64,000 bases of DNA from Octopus sinensis (GCF_006345805.1 NC_043007.1:28582001-28646000), one strand, 5' to 3'. Positions 25,033 through 38,475 are shown, counted from the first letter of the stretch. Made by a program: numbers and translations. Notes: generated by a model from the letters alone, not told the origin.

Positions 25033-25236
25033 TTATCCAAAATATACAGAATAATATATCTATTTATGGATGACCTTACCAATCGGTTTCACACAAAGGA
25101 TTCAACAGAGTGTTAGGCACCAGTCTGGTTATGTACATGGTCGGACTGGTACCTAACACTCTGTTGAATCCGTGACGAGAAACCAATTGGTAAGATCGGC
25201 CATAAAGGGATATATAATACTGTACACTTCAGACAA
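25033..25236. repeat. Imperfect palindrome carrying the 3' half of a hammerhead on each arm
   Basis: Inner arms are 25098-25125 and 25144-25171, centred on atgtacat. GAAAC-caattg-GTA-agatc lies at 25179-97, with a mirror copy on the left arm. Confidence 0.75.
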
Positions 25237-25255
25237 TATATATATACATATATGT

Positions 25256-25451
25256 AAATATCACAAGTACATAGATCGTTTGAGTACGTCAACGTTTCAA
25301 GATTAGCCAAATAAAATCAGCATTTCTTTCGTCAGCTCAAAATTTCTTAATCCAAATTAAGAAATTTTGAGCTGACGAAAGAAATGCTGATTTTATTTGG
25401 CTAATCTTGAAACGTTGACGTACTCAAACGATCTATGTACTTGTGATATTT
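25256..25451. repeat. Perfect palindrome with 96-bp arms and a 4-nt loop (CCAA)
   Basis: Base-by-base check of 25256-25351 against 25356-25451 shows no mismatch. Confidence 0.95.
25366..25428 (+). ncRNA. Intact type I hammerhead ribozyme (mirror copy at 25279-25341, minus strand)
   Basis: Stem I tttgag/ctcaaa, CTGACGA at 25372-78, stem II aaga/tctt, GAAAC at 25409-13, stem III acg/cgt (acgttgacgt is also self-complementary) and GTA at 25420-22. Confidence 0.82.
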
Positions 25452-25715
25452 TTCTGTATTTACCTCCAAACCTTCGTGAGCTGTCTGGAGTAAGCATTAT
25501 CTGAGAGAAATTTTCTTTAAGTAGTAGAAATGGCTAAAAAAATTTTTTGGGCTGCTATTTCTACTAAGTTCAGTATGTGGCAAAGTAATTTATTTTACTA
25601 AGCCCTAATTATATAATGTAATATTTTGAATTCGCCTTAAATGGTCCTTTTACATACTGAACACTTGGTGAAATTCATTAATTAATTAATTTTACCCTCA
25701 ATTGTTGATATATAT

Positions 25716-25785
<70 letters not shown>

Positions 25786-26182
25786 AATTGAGATAGGGGT
25801 TGTAACATATATCCAATATACTGCTAGTGAAGTACCCAACAAAGTTAATACATAAATGTTAATGATTGCGATGCAATCAATTCATTTACTGTATTATATG
25901 GGCAAAGGTAAAATGATTTACCACAAATTACTAATACAAGATAAGAAAATGGAGAAATACATCTAAATCAAATATCAATTACCAGATAATACTCAATCAC
26001 ATACTTTATTAAACCACCACATAAGAGACTGTAGGGTTAAACATAAAAAAGCAGAACAAATCAGTGTACATAAAGGAATGTACATAAAAAAGTGTACATA
26101 AAAGAGTAATGTTGTATAATAAGTAGAATATATATAAAAAAGAGAATATAAATATAAGTAAATATAAATATAAGTATAGATT

Positions 26183-26313
26183 GCATCTTACAGCTGTTTC
26201 GGCCAAGTAGATAAGTATGTCTCATTTTACCAATATTAGCCTTTTATGGTAGGTCAATATATAGATATAAATAAGACATTTACAAAAATATCATAAGGCC
26301 TCTTCGGAGATAT
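26183..26313 (-). ncRNA. Type I hammerhead with variant core CCGAAGA and a 92-nt loop 2
   Basis: The minus strand reads atct-CCGAAGA-ggcc-N92-ggcc-GAAAC-agct-GTA-agat. It lies in the PLE-associated remnant 25786-26372. Confidence 0.7.
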
Positions 26314-26370
26314 ACATATACATATGAGTGCATATTTGATTTAGATGTATTTCTCCATTTTCTTATCTTG

Positions 26371-26483
<113 letters not shown>

Positions 26484-26549
26484 ATATATATAGATAGATA
26501 GATAGATAGAATATATAAATATATATCTATGTATACTATATATGGAGAA

Positions 26550-26835
26550 GTTCTTAAGCAGATCAGGCCAAAAATGTCACTAGAAGCTAGGATCACCAAG
26601 CATAGATTGGCATATTTTGGTCATATTATGCGGAGAAAATCCCTGGAGAAGGACATCATGCTTGGAATGGTCAGTGGCAAGAGAGGAAGAGGCCGACCAA
26701 GAACCCGCTGGCTTGACACCATCAAGAGTGATAGCGAAATGGACATAGTCAATCTGAAAGAAGCGGCCCAGGATAGAACTGACTGGAGGACAATGATCCA
26801 ATGAGTAACCGAGAGTCGACTTCGACTGAGTGGAT
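26550..26835 (+). mobile_element. RTE (BovB-like) LINE 3' end
   Basis: SLEARITKHRLAYFGHIMRRKSLEKDIMLGMVSGKRGRGRPRTRWLDTIK..AAQDRTDWR..VTESRLRL. Confidence 0.85.
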
Positions 26836-27675
26836 AGATAGATAAATACTATATATAAATATATATGCATATATACATGTACATATGTATGCATATATAT
26901 GAATGTATACCTGTGAATTTAATATATGTAAGGAGCTATGTATATGAATATATATGTGTACATAAATATAAGTATGTGTGTATACATATGTATATCATTA
27001 TCATCATCGTTTAACATCCGTCTTCCATGCTAGCATATATATATATCCATCATCAACATCATTATCATTATCGTCATCATCATTCTTTAATGTTTCCATG
27101 CTGGCATTGGTTGGACAGTTTGGCAGGATACAGCAAGCTGCAGGGCTATGCTGAGCTCCTGTGTCAGCTTTGGCATGATTCCTACAGTTGGATGCCCTTC
27201 CTAATGCCAACCACTTTTTATTGGGTACTCTTTTCACTACCACTTGTGAGATTGCTCAGTAACTTGCAGAACAGAGAGAGGGGAGGAGGAGAAAGGGAAC
27301 TGCTGCTAGGCGAGGGGAGTATTTGAGTGGGGAGAGAGATGGCTTTATGCCAAGGCTAAGCATGATAGAGGTGCAGTCATTGGTGCTTTGCTACGAAAGG
27401 GATGCAGAGCTACCACACATTATACAGGGGTAGTTAAGAGTAGTCAGGAGGAGATAAAGATGATAGTGAGACAATGCCAGAGTAGACTGGAGGGGGGTAG
27501 TTTCATTAGTGTGTGTAGAGAGGATCACAAATGGTCAGAGGGACGGTGGAGGAGGTATGATTGATGAGGAGGAAGTGCAATCATCAGAAAAGGCTGTCAA
27601 AAAAAGAAAGTTTATTGAAGATATTTTGTGTGAGTTCCATGTTAAATGCCCAAAGAGATTGATTTAGTTGACAAG

Positions 27676-28010
27676 ATGTTGAAAGAGAAGTTTAAAACCT
27701 CATTTTGCTGTGATATTTGTGAAAGACATACCTACAGAAACATAACCTAAATATTCACTAAGTCAAACGGGAGAAAAACTTAGTCACTGTGATATTTGCA
27801 GTAATTTGCTGACAGAGAGCAGTCACCCGACCCTACACAAGCATGCTCATACAAGAGAGAAATCTCACTGCTGTGATATCTGGGCTGAGTCTTTCACACA
27901 GAATAGTGACATAAAGGCTCATAAATGCATTCATTAAGGAGGGAAACCATATCATTGGGATATCTGGGCTAAATCAACTTCACAAGGCAATCAACTAATG
28001 AATACAGTAA
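27676..28010 (+). pseudogene. Degenerate C2H2 zinc-finger array of the octopus HCDIC type
   Basis: MLKEKFKTSFCCDIC..TGEKLSHCDIC..HKHAHTREKSHCCDIW..HKCIH*GGKPYHWDIW. About 4 fingers with stops, a frameshift and Cys losses. Confidence 0.8.
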
Positions 28011-28759
28011 AAATAAAAAGGCCTCATTATTTCTTTCAGCTTTTTCTGATGATTGTTGTTTTCTTAACTTCCTGGTATGAAACTGATTGGTAAATTGGCT
28101 GGTATGAGATTATAATATTGCATTTTAACAATAATAATAACAATAGCAACAACAACAGCAGCAGCAGCAATAATAATGATGATATTGATGATGATAATAA
28201 TAATGATAATAAAAAGCCCTGGTTTAGAACCAGGCAGTGGCTCTCATAGCTTTTGATCTTAACTGAGTGGAAGTGTTATCATGTACATTGTTTTGCCTTG
28301 GTATAAAAGATGGGCTGCAGCAAATATTCTGCTCAATACCACAGATTTGCTTGACCTTAACCAGTTGAGCATGTTCCCTAGTGCCTGCCAATATGTGCAT
28401 CTCTGATCACAAACAGAGGTAGTTGGGGAGCATCATAGCCATGTCCTCAGATGAATTCTTTGGGGTCTGAATAATTCACCTCTGGAAACATGGATGTTTC
28501 ATTGAACATCCTTAAACAACCCTTATTCAGGGACCTTTTGAGTGGGATGGGATACTCAATGGGAAGAAAATTCTAACTGGGTCCTGCCTGCAAAGCCATG
28601 TACTGTTTATCTTGATATGAGATCACCGTGTTGCACACACATGGTTGCAATGCATGTGCCTGGTGTACCCTTATCAGACAGGTAGTCATGATGGGTATAA
28701 TAGGCTTCATATATTTTACCCCATTGCCACTTTGATGGCATGTACTGCTCTCTTAGTCA

Positions 28760-28790
<31 letters not shown>

Positions 28791-28813
28791 TAATGATAAT
28801 AATAATAATAATA

Positions 28814-28849
<36 letters not shown>

Positions 28850-28851
<2 letters not shown>

Positions 28852-29170
28852 TTTCGTGCTTTGCTGTACTCAAGAACAGCCATCTGTCACAGCAGGATTG
28901 ATGTTTGTGCCCGCTTTTATCTGTGGTTATGAAACTTGGCTATGACCAAAAGAATATGATATCAAATGCAAATGGCAGAAATTCAGTTCTTCTGAAGGGT
29001 CTTTGCAGTAACATTACTCAATAAAGCATGAAGTTCACTCAAGTAGAGTCACTATTTCTCTGAACTGAGATATCACAGCTCCAGCACCATAGACGACATA
29101 GTAAGAATGTCTCAGGAAAGAATCACTGGAAAGCTTTAATTAGCAAAACTAACGAGTAGGAAACCCAAAG
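28850..29170 (+). mobile_element. Highly decayed RTE thumb-region fragment
   Basis: Broken frames read FVPAFICGYETW..AEIQFF..VESLFL..EISQLQ. Confidence 0.55.
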
Positions 29171-30155
29171 TAGACCATGATCATCATGGTTTGATAACAT
29201 CATCATCATCATCATTTAATGTCCATTTTACATTCTAGCATGAATTGGTTGGTTTAACAGGAACTGACAAATCCAAAAATGGTACCAAGCTCTGCTGTCT
29301 ACTTTGGCATGGTTTTTATGGCTAGATGCCCTTCCTAATGCCAACCACTTAACAGAGTGTACTGGGTGCCCTTTTCATGTGGCACCAGCAGCAGTGAGGT
29401 CTCCAAGTAACTTGCAGGACAAGACCCCTCAACTGGTAGGAGAGAGAAAAGGGTGCCTTGCATTAGAAGAGAGATACAGTCCAACAAGATATATTTTGTA
29501 TTGTTTATAGCTTTTCACACAGAATTTCTTGGGAACTCCCTAGAATATATATATCATTGTCATCGTCACTATCATCATCATTATCATAGCTTTAAATGTC
29601 TACTTTTCTATGTTTGTATTGGTGAGACAAGAATACATTGAGGGACTGTTTTAGAGGCAAAGTTTCACTGTGACTAGCAGCCCTTCCTGTCACCAACACT
29701 TGCTCGTTTCTGTGAACCATTGTGGACATGTTTTTACACAGGGAAAGGCAAACAAAAACACCGACAGGTAACCATTGCTTACAAACCAGCAAACACACAC
29801 ACACGCACATACACACACATGCACACACACGCACACATACACACACATGCACACACACACACATACACACACGCATACATGCGTATATGTATGTATGTGT
29901 GTGTGTATATATATATATGTATATTTATGTGTGTGTATATGTATATATATATATTTATATATGTGTGAGTGTATATATATATACTGTTGTTTACTTTTTA
30001 TGCTCAGTTAAATTAAAAGCAATTTGACATTAATCTGATGGGTTGCTCTATACTTTTGTAGAGAGAAAATTCATTATTTTTATTATGCAAGAATGTTGTT
30101 GACAGTGACTTCAAAGTTTCAGCCAACTTTGTTGAACTGGCTCAGCAGGCTAAAA

Positions 30156-30198
<43 letters not shown>

Positions 30199-31423
30199 GT
30201 GTGTGTATGTATTTATATGTTTGTATGTATCTATACATGTCACATCTTTTTCCATGTTTTCACCTTTATTTTGACATTTTAGACCTGCATCTTGCTACCT
30301 CATTACATTTTGGCTCATTTCAGAGTTTGTCTTTCTCCTTTTGTCTTCAAGCGTTCATGTGTACATTCTTCCCCTAACATTGTTTGTGTGTGTGTGTTTG
30401 TGCATGTGTGTGTTTGTGCATACATGCATGCATGCGTGCGTGCATGTGTGTGTGTGGATTCTTGCCCTGAACATGGTACCTGTGTCTATCAAGTGACATA
30501 CCTCTTCTTTCAATAATATATGAAACTAATTTCAAGCATTAATTCTGAATAATTTTCCATTAAGTTCTTTTTTTTTATTTTAGGGAATCTGTTTTGACTT
30601 AATTGTTCCAAAAACAGGAATTGTGGAGACATGTAATGTTTATCATCTGTTGGTTTGCCAGAATTTGACATCTGACAATGTCGGGCAGAAAGAATGGCCA
30701 ATATATATGGAAAGTTGAAGAATGAAAAGAAAACGCCTAAATGTGAATGAGGCTGCAACACTGGAAACTAAGAAAGTTTCAAAGAAACATCAGAAAAGAT
30801 GTTAAGTACGTGAATATGTAGGATTTTAAACCCATCAAACCCATCTTTAATTTTCATGCCAACCTACAATGTAAGAAATCATTCCATCAACTCTGGAATA
30901 TTCTTCATAAAAATATTTGTCATCGAAATATCATCATAAAATCTCCCCACAAAATCAGTTTTAATTTCAAAAATATATTGTTGTTGTTTAACCCCAGGTC
31001 AGCCCAAATCCAGCAAACCTATGATCAAAGACATTCCAGCTGTGACCATCTTGTTTGTGGACTACATTATGCAATGCATTTTTTGTTGTTGTTGTTGTTG
31101 TTAAACCTAAATCAATCCTGGTGACCAAAAGTGTAACCATTCCATTTTTAAGCATAGCGTATCAAGGAATTCATTCTCCAATGTGTCCTTCCTTTTTAAG
31201 ATGTGATTCAACCATTGTTTCCAGCAGGAAATATGATTTATTTCTTTGTTGGTTATTTAAAACAAATATTTTGTGAATTATTGCCTCAGTCCAGGTGTTT
31301 ATTTTGGAAGTACTTGGTGAGTGGTTCAGCCACAGTATGTGGACATTGTTCGCTAACGTTCTACAGCCATGGGTTGACCACTGTCTTCTGAGTGAAACTG
31401 GGAGACAGGACCTGAAGAGGCTT

Positions 31424-31463
<40 letters not shown>

Positions 31464-32250
31464 TGTGTGTGTAATGTGTATGTATGCATGTGTATATATG
31501 TATTTTTTGTGTGTGCATATATTTCACTTTAACTTGTTGGATGTAAACAAACCAACCCCCTTGCTATAGCTTCCAGTCAACCACAATAGGACACCTGAGC
31601 TTCTTGACCTTTGACATTTTGCCTGATTTTTGCAAACAAAAGAGGTTCATAATTATGTCTCAGCTGTTTTGTTGTTTGACTGGGAGATTATTACCTTGCT
31701 TGGGAACAGGTGAGTGTTGCTGACGAAGAGTATGTGGTCATCAACAAACTCTTGTCTAACCCATGCAAGCATGAAAAGGTGAATGTTAAAACAACAATGA
31801 TGATGATGATGATGATGACAACTTTCTATATTATACACATCATCATCATCGTCATCATTTTAACCTCCACTTCTCTACACTTTCATGGGTTGGATGGAAT
31901 TTGTTGAGGCTGATGCCAAACTTCATCTCTTTCCAAACAAGCTATAATTGTTCCCAAACCCAGACTTGTTTTGCACAGAACACTGCAAATGAACAACCTT
32001 ACCTGTATGAAGATAATGCTCACTTCGAATGATTACATGATATCTTAACTAGAATATACACAAAACCACACACACACAAATATATATGACTGGTTTCTTT
32101 CAGTTTTTGACAACCAGTCCAGGTGAATTTGATTGGCCTAGCTATAGGAGAAGACATTTGCCGATAGTATCACACAGTGGGACTGAACTTGTGGCCATGT
32201 GGTTCAGAAGCAACCATATTGCTACACAGACGTGGATGTGCGGTTAAGAA

Positions 32251-32830
32251 GTGTATGTATGTATGAACCACCTCCACAAACCAAAAAAGAGGTATAAGGA
32301 CTTGCTGAAGGCTTCCTTAAGAGATGCTTGCATCTCTCCTGACACATGGGAAGGCATAGCTATTGATCGTAGCAGGTGGAGAAGGATTGTGCATGAGGGG
32401 ACAGCCACGTTTGAGAAATCTCGAGTTGCACATGAGAAAGTAAGGAGGGATGTCAGGAAGGGCATCGCTGTTACACTTCCAGAAGTGAAGGGTCTTCCTT
32501 TGACTCTGGCATGCAATGTCTGTGCAAGACCCTGCCTTAGTAAAGCTGGACCCATGAGTCATCTTCGTAGTCATAAAACGAGACAGATGAGTGACAACCT
32601 GGCCACTGGTGGTGGTGTAACACACCATACTAATCATATCTGTCGGACATGTGGAAGAGAGTGTAATTCGGCAGGAGGATTTAAATGACATGCAAAGGCA
32701 CATGAAGCCCAGTTACAACTACAGCCGGATATTACCGGTAAAGGTTTTAGTTGCCAATTTTGTACAAGACATTGTAGATCTTTAGCTGGGCTAAAAAGTC
32801 ACATTCGATCACAGCACCAGTAACAGTTAA
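32251..32830 (+). mobile_element. RTE LINE 3' end with three C-terminal C2H2-like fingers
   Basis: KPKKRYKDLLK..WEGIAIDRSRWR, followed by CNVCARPCLSKAGPMSHLRSH, CRTCGRECNSAGGFK*HAKAH and CQFCTRHCRSLAGLKSHIRSQH. Confidence 0.8.
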
Positions 32831-33641
32831 GCTTCATGCAATGGCCATACTCGATAACGAGGGGGCAACCATAATGTATGTATTATGTGTGTGTGTGTAT
32901 ATACATATGTATGTATGCATATATGTATGTATGTGTGTATGTATATATTATGTGTGTGTGTATATACATATGTATGTATGTTTATATGTATGTATATATG
33001 TATGTATGTATGGTGCACTGTTCATTTGAAAGTATAATGGAAAAAAACACGCTCAATCGAGCAGTGAGCTACTTTAAGTTTCATGCTCAGATAGCTCAGT
33101 GTACAGGGGTGGGGGCTTGTATAGTGTACCCTGCATAATCCAGCAATCATTCAGGCCCCTAAAAAACATGGCTACTCTGTGAGAGAAATCGAGAATAAAA
33201 TAAGAGGGAAATGTGGATGGGCAAATGAGGGGGATAAGAGTTGTGTTCCTTTAACTTGTTTGCGGGAGAATGTTGTTAATGTTGAGTGGTTTCATGAAAT
33301 ATAACGATAGGCCGAAAGGTGATGTTTGTTCCCATCTTTATGAAGATTGATCCCTTTTCAGTTATAAACACCAAGTCTGAATCAACTTCAATTCTCAAAC
33401 ATGAACAACAGTTACCACCGATGTGTGTGTGTGTGTGTGTGTGTGTGTGATGTTCATGTATATATATATATATACACACACATTTGTACACTTATAGATA
33501 CATGTATGCATACATATGTACATATATGTACATTATACGTTTATATATGCATGTCTACAAATGTGTGTGTATGTATCAGTATGTGCACTCACTGATACAC
33601 ACACACACACACACACACAATATATTATATATATATATATA

Positions 33642-34035
<394 letters not shown>

Positions 34036-34084
34036 CAATACATTTCAATGCTTCAGAAACAAACTTGTTTCTTTACAAACGGTG

Positions 34085-34121
<37 letters not shown>

Positions 34122-34207
34122 TTCAGATGAATATGGTACTTGTGTTGAGGCACCAGAATTTAGTATGGTATTATCCATACAATTTCAAAATAAGGAGATT
34201 AAAATCA

Positions 34208-34388
34208 AAATAAGCAGCAAGGATATCCAGAGGTAATGCAGTACGATTGTTTCATGCAACTCCATTTAATTGAACAATGCAATCATTACATCAATTCAAA
34301 ATTGATGTAATGATTGCATTGTTCAATCAAATGGAGTTGCATGAAACGATCGTACTGCATTACCTCTGGATATCCTTGCTGCTTATTT
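34208..34388. repeat. Near-perfect palindrome (89-bp arms, 3-nt loop) of a hammerhead 3' half
   Basis: Arms are 34208-34296 and 34300-34388, with about 2 mismatches. The right arm is homologous to 19828-19917 (GAAAC-gatc-GTA-ctgc) but lacks the CTGAAGA half. Confidence 0.9.
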
Positions 34389-34463
34389 ATATATATATAT
34401 ATAATGCACTGATCTGTGATAGAAAATTCAACAAAAAAGTACTCCACCTGGCGAGAGATAAAT

Positions 34464-34710
34464 ATTATTAATTTGAAGGTCACAATACATGTATTGAAGC
34501 ACTACAAATAGTTTCATATGTTGAGAAACACTGAAATATATTCTTCAGGCACAAACCACATATCATAAACTACAAAATTTCTTCTATTTATTCAATCTTT
34601 TGTTCGTTATGATTTGTGGTTTGTGCCTGAAGAATATGATTGAGTTCTCTCAACATATGAAACTATTTGTAGCACTTTAATACATGTATTATGACCTTTC
34701 AATAAATAAT
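34464..34710. repeat. Inverted repeat with a hammerhead motif on each arm
   Basis: Arms are 34464-34568 and 34607-34710. The + motif at 34623-34675 reads gtgc-CTGAAGA-atatg..ttgag/ctcaa..catat-GAAAC-tattt-GTA-gcac; its mirror is at 34499-34552 (-). Confidence 0.82.
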
Positions 34711-34975
34711 ATATATATATATATAATTACATCTTCCTGTTGTCATTTCCTGAATCAATCTGTCAGTGATATAATAAGTAAAAAAAAATGTATAGTAAAT
34801 GCACAAATGAAAAAAACATACAATAAAAGACAGACAGAGTACATTCATTTCATGTGTTTTCATTTACTATACTTTATTTTTACTTATCAATTAACAGAAT
34901 GCACCCTGGTTTATATACATATATATATAGAGAGAGAGACAGACAGACAGACACATACACATACACTATAAATAA

Positions 34976-35017
<42 letters not shown>

Positions 35018-35048
35018 GCATATGTTAATGAGTCTTTAAAAAACAGAA

Positions 35049-35117
35049 GGTTCCATTGAGAATCGAACTCATGATCTCCTGTATGTAAAGCAGATGTGAT
35101 AACCACTACATCATGGA

Positions 35118-35120
<3 letters not shown>
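35049..35120 (-). tRNA. tRNA-Val(TAC) gene, probably a pseudogene
   Basis: 72 nt that align with the metazoan Val-TAC consensus (..GTAGTGGTTATCAC..CTGCTTTACA..GTTCGA..TGGAACC), followed by a T-run terminator. The acceptor, anticodon and T stems have mismatches. Confidence 0.72.
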
Positions 35121-35167
<47 letters not shown>

Positions 35168-35597
35168 TATACACACATATGCACATAGTCATCATCATCA
35201 TAAAATCCTCAACACAAGAAAACTGAGAGAAATTTGTTGGCTATAAATAAGAAACATTTTAAAATAATTGAAAATTCATTTAAAAATTTATTTTTTAAAT
35301 TTAGCAAATATTTCTTTATCTTTGATATTTATATCAAATATTTGTGAAAAGTTCATTTTTATCTAATATTCCTTGCTATATCATGAACTTTATCATGTTG
35401 TTGACTACATCTTTGTTAATTTATAAATGGTCTGTTGATGTTGTCAGGACAGAGAGCAGATTTTTAAACCTTCTCCCCTCGTCCCTTCTCCCCTCGTCCC
35501 TTCTCCCCTCGTCATCTATAAAATTCCCTTATTTCTGTATCTCAATACATACCAATCCTCTATTTGAATAGTATGCATATGTGTGAGAGGAGAATGC

Positions 35598-35632
<35 letters not shown>

Positions 35633-37252
35633 AAATTAGTAAATAAAGACCACTTTGACACTGTAGGATTTTATCTCTAAAGTATTTTTGCATAAAGCAA
35701 TAGAATTCACCCAAATGTATCACTCTAAATGGCTGATAATGAGGCACCTGTATTTCTATGCTAGAAAGACTTTGTTTTTTGTTGTTTTTTGGCAAGGCTT
35801 CTATTTATATTAAGAGATCTGACTCAGGTTGTTCTGTTGATGTATGGGATCAATCAATATAACTGATAGACATGATCTTATAGGATTTTGTATCATTGAT
35901 CCCTTAAAAAGAAAAAGTTCACCTCTATAAACTTTGGTTTGTACAAATATGGGGGCTTAGCCATCTCTAAAAACACAAAGGGTCACATACTAACCCTCTC
36001 ATAGGAGGACATTATCCAAACATTCTGCTCTATCAGTCTTCTAATTCCTATAATGATGAATTTATTCACAGTTAATTTCCTGTCACTCAAGATTTCAAAA
36101 CTGGTTCCTTGAAAGTTTTTAAAAAGTCAAATGTAAAACTTCAATTCCATAAACACAGGTTTATACGACTTTTGAAAGTGAAATTAATAATAAGAATAAT
36201 AGATCAGTTTTTAACTAAAGAAACATTGGAGATGGAGGCAAGCTTTTATGATGAGGTGATGCTCTTGAAGCTAGTGTATTCAAAGATGAACTGACATGTA
36301 ACCCCTAACACTTGCTTATCCCCACAAATGAAAAAATGGTAAATTAATATAATATAACTAGGTGCAGTAAACTTAGATTTGAAAACAAATTCCAAAGGGT
36401 TGCTCAGAACCTCTCTGCACCACAGAAATACTTAACAGTTGTAATAAATAAATAAATAAGGGTGGTGCCCCAGCATGGCCGCAGCCTTTGGGCTAAAACA
36501 TTTTTAAGGATTTAAGGGTTTTTTTTCTTTTTGTGGCCAAAGTAAATCACCAAGTAAAGAGTTAACCCTTGACTGATGACTGTGATTTGGATATCCAAGT
36601 ATTTGGCAATTAACATAGTGATGAATTGAGTGTGTGTGTGCAAACATGCACAAAGTGTATTAAGTATCCATATTTCCTACAAGTTTGTTCAAACATAAAT
36701 ACATTAATTTGTTTGAAAGGCTGGATGAAGTGAGATTTACTGAAAATATCCCATATCTTCATCCCAAACAAATATTTAGCATGTTTCAGCCAGTTGCTTG
36801 GCTCATTTACAGTAGAATAAGAAAAGTGCTCAAACATATTTCTCAAGAGGCTATATAGAACCGGAATATTTATTTCAGGCATTAAAGATCTTATTTTTAA
36901 TTGTTGTCAAATCTCTAATGAATCCTGTTTAATTTCCCTTTGACCTTAAAAAATGTTAAAAAGGAAGAAAAGTATGAAATATGAAACAAACTGAATTAAT
37001 TCACAAATACTGGATTGTTTGAACACTTTTAGGATCTCATGAAAAATAGTGGCTTCTCTTCACTTAGACTATGTAAAGTTTATATATATATATATATATA
37101 GACCTGCAAACATATATACATACAAGTATCTATATATTCATGTGTGTATATGTGTGTGTATGTGTATTGATCATGTATGTATATATATATGTCTGCAAAT
37201 ATGTATGTACATATATATCTATATATAAATACACGCACACACACACACACAC

Positions 37253-37351
<99 letters not shown>

Positions 37352-37508
37352 AATGTGTGTGTATATATATATAATATATATGCATATATATACATATATA
37401 CATATATATATACATATATACATACATACATATGTACATATATACATACATAACATACATACATACATACATATATAATACATACATACATACATACATA
37501 CATACATG

Positions 37509-37540
<32 letters not shown>

Positions 37541-37552
37541 ATATATATATAT

Positions 37553-37583
<31 letters not shown>

Positions 37584-37670
37584 CATACATACATACATAC
37601 ATACATACATACATGCATACATACATACATACATGCATACATACATACATATATATATAGATATATATAT

Positions 37671-37715
<45 letters not shown>

Positions 37716-37722
<7 letters not shown>

Positions 37723-38076
37723 CTCAAGATTCAAACTTAGACTCTGATGTCTTTACAAGGGATCGTTCCACAAGTTAAAGAAAGTCTATAAGTGGGATCA
37801 GGTGGAGCATTTTGTGATGAACTGAACCCACCAACAGTTTTGTGGATCTCCAAGCCCCAGAAACAGCTGTTGCCCTTATTATGCCTTTCTTCCACCTCGT
37901 ATATATATATATATAGCAGATCTATCTCTAGCATAAGAGCGTCCACATAGTGGATTCTCTCTCATATTTATGTATTAATAATATTTACTGAATCTCAGTC
38001 TTTTATGCACTAGACCACTGGTGTTTAAATTGATGTTATTAAATTAATATCCAATTTTTTCACCCTCATTTTGACT

Positions 38077-38120
<44 letters not shown>

Positions 38121-38406
38121 TATATATGTGTATGTATATATATTATTTATGCATACAAATTCATCATCTGAAAGTCTCAGCCTTTTACTTTTTCTTGTTT
38201 TGCATGTCTACATAAATACATATTTTGTATTTGTATTTGGTGCATGTAATATATCTAATGCATTTGATGTATCTAATTTACTTATCCCTATAATTGCTTC
38301 TATACCCACTCAACCAACCTGATCCCTCTTATAGCCCTTTTTAACCTTGTGGAATCGATCGCCTATAAAGACATCAGAGGCCTAAGTTTGAATCTTTTGA
38401 GTTCTA
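37716..38406. repeat. Inverted repeat pair (~90-bp arms, ~500-bp spacer)
   Basis: 37716-37806 against 38313-38406 (aagattcaaacttag..ctctgatgtcttta..ccacaag..ggatcagg). Confidence 0.75.
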
Positions 38407-38475
38407 TTAAGTGTCTTCTATACAGAAAACATCCGGATCTCATCTGTGAACTATAAATATATGTGTCTGCATGTA

